Origin: Paraspadella gotoi
Taxonomy: Eukaryota; Animalia; Chaetognatha
Assembly (NCBI GenBank): GCA_051294375.1
Contig: JBJCIZ010000314.1
Span: 22,794-41,876, forward strand
Direction of reading: 5' to 3'
DNA length: 19,083 nucleotides
Both the position numbers and the translations under genes were made by a program. The notes under the pieces are model-generated. The model had not been told where the DNA came from. It did no database searches and worked only from the letters and a program-made list of their open reading frames with translations. The first letter of the stretch is position 1. Each line of letters begins with the position of its first letter. This document shows positions 1 to 8,118 of this stretch, piece by piece.

Positions 1-35
1 TGGTGGACGTGAGGCGGTGTGAATATACCGCCACA
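1..35. mobile_element. End of a second copy of the 3637-3888 element (truncated by the window start)
   Basis: TGGTGGACGTGAGGCGGTGTGAATATACCGCCACA at 1-35 is identical to 3854-3888. Confidence 0.85.
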
Positions 36-199
36 ACTGATCTTTATCTAAAGAAAAGATTTAAAATATTAATCAATATTATAAAAATATTTAATAAATA
101 TTTAATTTAATAATTTTTCAAAAAAATTACATAAACAATTTTTTACCAATTATTAACTACCGGGGTTTGCTTGGTTCAATTTTTAAAATCTAGGTATTA

Positions 200-253
200 T
201 GGTGGACTAAAATCCACCTCCCGTTCATCCGCGGCCATTCGCCTCCCAACCCA
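200..253 (+). repeat. Internally deleted remnant of the twister-bearing repeat (5' hairpins only)
   Basis: TGGTGGACTAAAATCCACC..CCGTTCATC.GCGGCCATT/CGCCTCCCAACCCA matches 595-666 with a deletion. It is positionally equivalent to 14354-14583 in the other arm. Confidence 0.8.
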
Positions 254-545
254 GACACTCTATAAAGACATTTTTAAAATTATATAAAAAATAATAATTT
301 TTTTTTAAATAAGGAATCAATAAGTTTCAATTTTATTACAATCGGTCAAGTGGTTTTGAAAATATTTTTTAAACTTGAGTGTTCCAAAACCAAACTCGAA
401 AATCATTATCTACACGGATTATTTTTAACTAGAAAAACATTGTGTGAAATCTTTCTTTCGTTGCGTTTAGGATATTTGTTTGAAAGAAGAGAATTTGTAA
501 TTGCATTTTGTTTACAAACAAAAATTTTATTAGAAACACATAATA

Positions 546-595
546 ACGGACATGTTTCGAATTTGCTTGTAAGTCTTCAATTTGCGCTGATGAAG
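546..595. ncRNA. Broken minimal hammerhead palindrome (Penelope-like remnant)
   Basis: The minus strand reads UGAAGACUUACAAGCAAAUUC-GAAACAUGUC. The plus-strand GCG-CTGATGAAG (584-595) is cut off by the twister repeat. It is the counterpart of 13981-14094. Confidence 0.55.
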
Positions 596-823
596 TGGAC
601 TAAAATCCACCAACCGTTCATCAGCGGTCATTGGTGCTGGAGGCTTATCTTTCGCCTCCCAACCCAATGGTCCGGGATTCTAGCCCGGTGGCCGCCTATC
701 AGTTAAGAGGGACGGGGCGCTTAACCCGCCTGTAACATGGTGTTACAGCCTGATCCGAAGCTCAGGGACTGCTTATATTGAACGGTTCTATCACTAACAC
801 ACAACAATAATTACTGTGTCTTC
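595..823 (+). mobile_element. ~230-bp highly structured non-coding interspersed repeat carrying a twister motif, best-preserved copy
   Basis: Homologous to 12730-12918 (-), 14354-14583 (-) and the remnant at 200-253 (+). It is a string of hairpins, e.g. GTGGA-ctaaaa-TCCAC, GGAGGC/GCCTCC, CCGGG/CCCGG. Confidence 0.8.
700..771 (+). ncRNA. Candidate twister ribozyme, circularly permuted (type P5-like) with minimal P1
   Basis: P5 CAGUU(700-704)/GACUG(767-771); P2 G(A)GG(707-710)/CCC(725-727); GACGG(711-715); P1 GG-cg-CU(716-721); cleavage motif U|AA(722-724); L2 GC(728-729); P3 CUGUAACA/UGUUACAG; P4 CCUGA/UCAGG closing loop UCCGAAGC(754-761). This matches the known eukaryotic twister pattern UAAC..GCCUGUA..UUAC.GCCGGUCCCAAGCCCGG...GAGGG. 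Confidence 0.75.
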
Positions 824-1607
824 AAAATCATATTTTTTTAATTTTAAAAACGGAAAAAACTGAAAAACTTTTGTAAAATATGTTATATAATATTTTTAGG
901 TTAAAGCTGCGAAAAATGACCAAAACGTTTAATCATATAATAGTTTTTATTACAAAACATAAAAAAGTGGAGAATTTGACCTTTTTTTTGACGCAGAAGA
1001 CATTAAAATCAGAATGTTTCATAAAAGTTTTTAAAAAATTATTTTGAAAATTTATGATTTTATAAGGATATTACTAGAATGCAATTCGTTTCATGTTTAC
1101 GATTTTTATTTCTGAGAAACGTATATGTTTCGGCTTTAATTTGTGAAATGTTAGACAGATTTTTGTGAAAGAAGGAGGGAGAGAGAGAGAGAGAGATAGG
1201 GCAAAGTTTCCAACACAGAGTTGAGAAAGAATAGTGGTCAAATGGTGAGGACAGGTTAAGAGTGAGGACAGATAGAGATTTTAGTTTTGAATAGGAAATG
1301 AAATGGTCAGAGTGAGAGAGATTGAGAGAGAGAGAGAGAGAGACAGGGAGAGAGAAAATAATAATACATTTCAAAATGTACAACAAATAAATTTTTTTTA
1401 AACTAAATAAACATGAAACCAAATTGCCTCTAATACCAAAAACAACGAAAAGAAAGGTTATTGCCACTAAGGATATTATATAAATAAAATTAAATATACT
1501 ATAATTAATGATACTATCCCCCAAACAATATAAGCAAAATATTTTTTGTACTCCTTAATCATACTACATCCTTGTTTGTTCACTCAAATAAAATTTATGT
1601 TCCCCAG

Positions 1608-2072
1608 TGCTCCACTCTACTACGCATGGCTGCAATGGCTGAGAGATCGGGCGTCGACGTTGGAGACTACAATCTTCCGAATGTTCCAGCGAGACTTCTG
1701 CCGCTTGAGGACACTACTACGATGTCGGACGATGAACATGCGCGGCCGTTATGTGAAATTATGCGACCGAAAATGGCGGACGCTTTGACGGAAACAGTGG
1801 CGTCGCCGACATTTACATTTTTGTATGGGGTTGATTGATTTGTATCGACCGATTCCGCCTCCAAGGAGCTGCACTCCGACATTGCGCGTGAGGGCGACGG
1901 ATGTGCATCCTGTTAATTACGACACGCCGCGCCAATGGGCTGACCAGATGGAGCAGAGTGCATCGACATCGACACTGGAGTGACGCTCCAGCTTGGGCTT
2001 CGCGTCCGGTGGATTCTTCTCCTCAAACTCGGAGAAGGACGAAGGAGGCGAGTCAAGGACGCGCTCGCGGTG
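1608..2072 (+). pseudogene. GC-rich, exon-like decayed coding island of unknown product (copy 1)
   Basis: Sharp GC rise after an acceptor-like TTCCCCAG (1600-1607). Open frame CSTLLRMAAMAERSGVDVGDYNLPNVPARLL...FLYGVD, then a stop and frameshifts. No recognisable domain. Confidence 0.35.
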
Positions 2073-2207
2073 ACGCCATTTTACTGGATGAACTAATATT
2101 GTCCTCAATATTTCTCTCTCTCTCTCAGCTTATCATAACAAAACTACTAAACATTATATAAAACAGGAAGCTCGCCATAGCTAGCCATAGCCGATGAAAT
2201 TTAAATG

Positions 2208-2791
2208 CTAATGTATACAGCGTTAAAATAATCTATCATGACCATAGATTATGGTATTAAAATATTTTTTGTCAAAAATGCTTTCTTCTGAGGGTACTCG
2301 CCTAATTAAAAATATTATATTACTATATAGCGCAAAATTTTTTTTTTTTAAATCTTAAAATTTTTTGATGGATTTGATAGAGCATAAAAAGTTAAACAAG
2401 AAATATAATTACAGCTTTTAAAAATTCTTACGTTTTCTAAGTGAAAATATAAAAAACTGATAAAATCATCGAAAGATGATGATGATGATGATTTTTTATA
2501 GTTTTTCTTATTTTTGACACACTTATCATAAAAATATTTTTAAAAAAATCATACTTTGTGTAGACAACTTTTTATGAGCTATCTGAATCTGGTCTTAAAA
2601 TTTAAAAATTCAAAAAAAATTTTGGCCTTTCCTATCTATAAATAAATATTCAAAAATTAATTACTAGGGTATAGAGCCATATTTAGAAATTTTTTGTCCA
2701 TTGAAAGTATTCTTAAAAATGTCTAAATATTCGTTTGAGCATGTACTCACTCTAAATTTTTGACTCACCCCATTGAGAGCGGCTACCCCTA
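2208..2791. mobile_element. ~580-bp AT-rich insertion private to the left arm
   Basis: Absent from the matching right-arm site (~12105-12135). Flanked by a 23-bp imperfect direct repeat, CCATAGCCGATGAAATTTAAATG (2185-2207) and CCATAGCCGGTGATATTCACATG (2792-2814). Confidence 0.55.
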
Positions 2792-3636
2792 CCATAGCCG
2801 GTGATATTCACATGTCATCAGAGTTTAAATCTTGAAAACGTCTCAACAGTCGTCACCACTTCATCTTACTTCGCGTCATAAACTATTCGTCTTTTCACGT
2901 CAAATATCTGTCATATTCGGTTATGTTACTGTTATGAGTAATTTGTTGCATTTAGTAATTACTCCTGTGCTAGGTTTTGGTTACCATCCCTTAGTTTATG
3001 TTGTCCATCATTGTTACATATTTAGTCTATTCTATCTCTATCCTTAAATAATAATATGTACTGGTCTTTGATTTTATTTTTAGCATAGGGAGTAAGTATA
3101 TATACCAAGCCTTCATAGTTCATATGATATGGCCAAACTTTGCATACTTTTAAGCAGTAATAACGCCCTAGACCGCTCATACTTTAAGACCGCTCGACTT
3201 TAACGTTGTAGAATCTAAAGATGCGGCAGGCAAAAGTCTCATCGGAGTGAGTACTCTGCAAAACTACCGCTCGTGTGGCTGGTAATGTTTTGAAATACTT
3301 TTAAAAAGTATTGCCCTAAGAGCCAACTTGAGCTTGGGAATTTTTAAGAGAGATGATATTCTAATGAAAGCTCTAACATAAAAAGTAAGCTGCCCAGCCT
3401 TGGTTAAATTAAGAGAGTTAATTATCTAAAATTTTAAATATATGTTTAAATATTATAACAAAAAATAATATTATTTATGTAAGTATCATGAAAGAGCTTG
3501 GAAAAAAAAAGATTTAAGATTGCCAATCACAGTTTTATAAAAATCTTAAATTTACCTTCCAGCTATTGATTTTTGGAAAGATGTCCCTTTTTGAGTATCT
3601 AATTAAATTAAGCTGGGCGCGTTAAATTTTATACTA

Positions 3637-3888
3637 TGGCAACAGCCGGGTTGCCTGTGATGCCCATTGGGATGGGTCATCTCACTGTTGGCTTTGGGGC
3701 TTCTGACCCTCAGTGACGCCTCCAGTCACTGGCGCGGTTACCTAGGACGGTCTCGCTTTGCCAACGCAGAGGGAAGTTCGTTAGGACTGTGGATGGAACA
3801 CTACGTTTGGGATGGTGTGTTCCCCTCTGAGCCAATTGGATTTGGCTGAAGGATGGTGGACGTGAGGCGGTGTGAATATACCGCCACA
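3637..3888. mobile_element. 252-bp TG...CA insertion with target-site duplication (solo-LTR-like)
   Basis: The left arm reads ATACTA[TGGCAAC...GCCACA]ATACGA-CAG; the empty site in the right arm (reverse complement of ~10882-10890) reads ATACTA-CAG. The TSD is 6 bp with one mismatch, or a 4-bp ATAC. A second copy ends at position 35. Confidence 0.75.
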
Positions 3889-4439
3889 ATACGACAGTTT
3901 TCGTAAGTACGTCATTCTCTTTAGATTTGAAAGGGCTTTCAGTAGATAATAATATTAATAATATTTTATTATAAATTCGTAGATATTAATAAATAATTTA
4001 TCGCGAATTCAAATATATTTTCAGTCAATGCCGACCTTTTTTGAGACGTTAAGTAATCTCATACCCAAGAGTGTTCAAGCTTAATAAGTTGTTTGTTTAA
4101 TTACGTGTCTTGCTATTATTTGGTTCAATGTACTAAAAAGCTTTAAAAAATCAAAAGTATCATACTTTATAAATTATTGTAGGGTTTTTCCAAGTGAAAA
4201 TTCAAAAGTAAGCAGATCATTTTATTCTCACTTACCACACTGTTAAACTTTTAAACAAACATGTAACATTGTCAGCTTTTGGCAAGGCTTTAACATGTTG
4301 TGTTTAGCATATCACGGATTAGTATTCTGATGGATCCACTAATTTTCAAGTTTTGGAAGTTCAAATAGTTCAGGCAAAAACGACGACGACAATGAAGACG
4401 AATACAACGACAAAGGCGACAACAGTCTTTCTACTTTAC

Positions 4440-4682
4440 GACCAATAGGGGTAAGCAAGAATGACCATTCGCCCCAAAGTTGGTTATCCATTTCTTCTGT
4501 GCACCCTCAGCAGCAATTGAACACGTCCTGGACTTGCCACTAGGTTTAGGGGTTTTCCAAGCCCCCCAAGGCGGTTTACCGCCGTCCTCATGATTCCCGC
4601 CGGCGTTGGTACCATTGGATTATTGGGTACCTGATGTCATGAGGTGATGGTATAACGCAATGATCTACCGAGTCACAACTGA
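4440..4682. repeat. GC-richer structured non-coding island (inverted copy at ~10136-10382), possibly retroelement UTR- or SINE-derived
   Basis: Hairpins such as GGCGG-ttta-CCGCC and GGTACC..GGTACC, with an adjacent (ACG)n-like tract at 4380-4420; no ORF. Confidence 0.3.
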
Positions 4683-5960
4683 AAGTGTAATGCTTGAACT
4701 TAAAGCAATGCCCAACTACAGATAGTGAAAGTAAAGAAAAATAGGAATAAACTATAAAAAAATATTGTCTCAGGATAACCAAGTAAAGGTAGCATATTCT
4801 TAGTTATATTTGGTTGTTTACTTTTCATAGAAGTAATGAACCACGAGTCCTTTTTTTAAGTAAGGATTGACTGTTATCATGTGAAAATGTGTAATGAAAT
4901 GATATTTTAAATTTTTATTTTGTTCTGTTGTTTATTGATTGAAAAAATATATTAAATTAATGAAACGTATAAATTCTAAGCTATCAAAAAAGCTTACAAA
5001 ATGTACTTTAGGTACAGATTGTTCTATTTTTGAAAAGCTTGTTAGTTAATTATAGTTTATACATACTTGTATCGTTGGCCTTTATGCAGATGTAATAATA
5101 ATAATCATAGATACGTATTTGTATACTACTATTGCAGCGCTTGTCAAAGTGCTAGTGTTAGGACGAGTGTTACAAGTGATTAAAGTTGCCCCGGCAAAGT
5201 TCGAAATGTGGAAGACGATGCGCGAACTGTTCTCTGTCACACAAGGGTCTCGAACATCGGATCGGGCTGTAGTCCATCACTACATGTGGGTTAGACGCCC
5301 CATCCCGCTTTTACTTGTGTGAATCAGCGAATTCATTAATATTAATTCGTTTTAAATTGACTTTATTCTCCCATGTTATCAGACTTTAAAATACAATCCA
5401 ATTTATGAGGACCCGAATGCGCATTTTTAGTTTACCGGCTTCTCCGCTCGATCGTTCGTGGCTTAAATAAAAAGAACTACGAAGCGAGCGCTAGTTCAAA
5501 CGTTAGTGGAACCAAAAAAATATTTTCGATCGCGATCTGTTTTGAAAAGAGGACTGAAAAAACGGCGGGTTTTTGCCTGCCATTTCTAAACGCGTTGGCC
5601 GATTGACTTGAAATTTTGCATGCGCAATATTGACATCATTTCCTATCGATCGATATAAAATATATAGGATGATGCCACAAACGGCGAACTACATGCATAT
5701 CTATTATCTCTCTATCATTAAGCACAAACGCGCTGTTGCTTATTCTAATACTTTCAAAAATTCGCTATGACAAAAGTTCTTTTCAGAGTTTTTGAACTAA
5801 TTGAGTTTGAAAAATCTATTTCAACTATCGAGTACGAATCTACGTAAACTTAATTGGTTTAAAAAAAAATGGAAAGTTTTAAGCTTTTTGCGAGAAGAAA
5901 TGGAGCGTAGACACTCACGTCTTAGTTATTATTTTTTTTTATTATTATTATTATTCATTT

Positions 5961-5966
5961 TTTCTT

Positions 5967-6002
<36 letters not shown>

Positions 6003-6320
6003 TTCTTTCTTCTCTTTCTTCTTCTTTCTTTCTTCTCTCTTTCTTTCTTTCTCTCTTTCTTTCTCTTTCTTCCTTCTTTCTTTCTTTCTATCTTTTTTTC
6101 CTCTTTTCCCTCTTTTTTCTCTTCACTCTCTTTTTCTACCCACCTGTAGTGAAGTTCGGGACCTTGTGTTGCAACGGACTTTAAACTGCTCGCGGCATCG
6201 TCTTCACAACTATCTCTTTCGCTCTCTCTTTTGTGTTTCTCTCTTTCTTTCTCTCTTTCTTTTCGCTCTCTCTTTCTTTCTCTCTTTCTTCTCTTTTTTT
6301 TTTTTTGCTTTCTTTCATTC
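5961..6320. repeat. (CT)n/(CTTT)n polypyrimidine microsatellite blocks
   Basis: Direct reading; the tract is interrupted at ~6135-6210 by a non-repetitive module. Confidence 0.9.
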
Positions 6321-6463
6321 TATATCGCAATGTTCTTTCTGAAGAGAAACTCGCATCGTGACCTTTTTTGATCATATTTTTTTTCTCTCGGTCCGTTTTC
6401 AATGCCCGGTCATTTTTAGAATTTTAATAATATTTATAGAACCATTTATTGAATGAATGTCTG

Positions 6464-7118
6464 TTTCGATGGAATCGTGCGAGTGGAAATGAGTTTTAAA
6501 AGGAAAAAAAATCTATTTCACTATTTGAGCCCAATTACTCATAAGTGGACGGGGAGATTGACTTGAAATTTTGTATGCGTGTAGGAAAGTGTGTTGATTA
6601 AGCTAGAAATCAAGTTTCGATGGAAGGCTGAGTGGAAATGAGTTTAAATGACAAAAAAACAAAGAACCTGTTTTACTAATTGATTATGCCTTCTTTTTAT
6701 TTTATATTAAAAGTAAATGCAAGATAAGATTTATTAATTAATCAAAAAATTAATCAGTTAATTAATCAATTAATAAATAATTAATTATCGCGTCAATTAT
6801 CAATATATTTTTCAATCAATCAATTTATTTAGTTATCTATTAATTAATTATTCAAACAATCAATTTATTTTAATTAATTAATTAATTAGTTAATCAATCA
6901 AGTCAATCTTTATCGGCATTATTGTTGTCGTCGCCATCATCGTCGTCGGTTGCTTTTGTCTTTGGTCAGTGACGAAAAGACCTAAAAACAAACATTTCGG
7001 ATCAAATAATTAATTTATTAATTAAATTATGGTTTTAATTTATATAGTTTGTATTAATTAATTAATTAATTACCGCTAATGATCGTGAGCAGCATCCGAC
7101 ATTGTTTGCTCAAACTTG
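6464..7118 (+). repeat. AT-rich interspersed repeat related to 17368-17653
   Basis: Shared GAAATGAGTT(T)AAATG..AAAA..TTTCACTATTTGATTATGC and TTAATTAAT..AATGATCGTG..CAG.ATCCG.CATTGTTT.CTCAAACTT. There is also an internal tandem duplication (6464-6530 versus 6614-6685). Confidence 0.65.
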
Positions 7119-7255
7119 TTTTCTTTCTTTCTTCCTTTCTTTCCTTTCTTTCTTTATTTCCTTTCTTTTCTTTCTTTCTTTCTCTTCTTCTTTTTTCTTT
7201 CTTTATTTCTTTAATTTCTATATTGTGGTATTCTTTTCGTTTCGTTGTGTTTGGT

Positions 7256-7425
7256 ATTTAGCGAAAAACAAAGTTTTAGATTTGTACTACAACAATTTTA
7301 TTTATAGAAACAGACATGTTTCGACTCTTGTTCGAGTCTTCAAAAAACACTGATGAGTCGACACATGTCTTTTTCTATTAAATAAAATCGTTGTAGTACA
7401 AATCTAAATTTTGTTTTCGCTAAAT
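7256..7425. mobile_element. 170-bp palindrome built from two defective minimal hammerhead halves (Penelope-like pLTR remnant)
   Basis: Arms ATTTAGCGAAAAACAAA...AGACATGT and ACATGTCT...TTTGTTTTCGCTAAAT. Plus strand ACA-CTGATGA-GTC-GACAC-ATGTC; minus strand TGAAGACTCGAACAAGAGTC-GAAAC-ATGTC, with AATAAA downstream on both. Confidence 0.65.
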
Positions 7426-8018
7426 TCTTTAATTCTTTATTTTCTTTTCTTGTATTATTTATTCTTTAGTTTATGCTCCCAAATAATTCGGTAACTCGCG
7501 ATTTTTTTTCTATTTTGGTTGCCTTAGCAGATTTAGTAAAAGTCGACAGATTTTGCGGAATAATTTTCCGCAAAATCCTTCGACACCCGGAAAAAAAGAT
7601 TAAAAAATTGTCCTGATGCTTTAAAGATAACGCAAAATTGATGCCGGTTTTTTTAAGATTTAACAAGAATAATAAACTAGTCCAACTAATAAAACTTAAA
7701 AACAAATAAATCTAAAGTCGAAATGAAAAATAAACTACAATCACAAAAAATCACAAATTCAAAGACATCTTTAAAAAAAATTTTTGGAGAAAACGCATGA
7801 GCTTATTTCTTTATATTACAGATATAATTAGTTTATCATGTGGGGCAATATTTGCATTAGTTTCAATTAATTTAAAGAATGTTCAGTTAGTTTAAAATGA
7901 TGAAATGAAAAAAATGCCATTTTCTGAACTAACCCATTTTAAAAAATTCATTGCCAGACAACGGTGAAACATTTAACAAAAAATGCTTCTACCCTAGGTA
8001 GAGGGAATATGAAGGCGA

Positions 8019-8118
8019 NNNNNNNNNNNNNNNNNNNNNNNNNNNNNNNNNNNNNNNNNNNNNNNNNNNNNNNNNNNNNNNNNNNNNNNNNNNNNNNNNN
8101 NNNNNNNNNNNNNNNNNN
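8019..8118. other. Assembly gap (exactly 100 N, typical unknown-size placeholder)
   Basis: Run of N. Confidence 0.98.

Larger units (their letters stand above)
36..5703 (+). repeat. Left arm of a ~5.7-kb diverged inverted duplication
   Basis: ACTGATCTTTATCTAAAGAAA (36-56) is the reverse complement of 14709-14729, and ...CTACATGCATATCTA (ends 5703) is the reverse complement of TAGATATGCATGTAG (starts 9064). Colinear matches can be followed from ~1570 to 5703; the outer ~1.5 kb is locally rearranged. Confidence 0.95.

Noticed and set aside
615-670. Minus-strand GAAA...CUGAUGA as a permuted hammerhead, or plus-strand HDV-like fold
   Set aside because: Hammerhead stems I and II cannot be formed (CUGAUGAA is simply the loop of ACCG/CGGU), and there is no HDV J4/2 or P1.1.
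350-706. 118-aa ORF
   Set aside because: It crosses a junction between unrelated repeats, starts at GTG, and is not preserved in the other arm.
5470-5703. Helitron-like terminus (CTAGT, GCGAAGC hairpin, GACTTGAAATTTTGCATG) at the inner edge of the inversion
   Set aside because: The motifs are suggestive, but no consistent 5' TC and 3' hairpin-CTRR pair or A|T insertion site could be defined.
5801-6402. ORFs 5801-6184 and 6181-6402 (also 1060-1524, 7079-7353, 13539-13772)
   Set aside because: They are translations of CT/AG microsatellites and AT-rich low-complexity DNA (F/L/S- or K/E/R-rich) with no domain signal.
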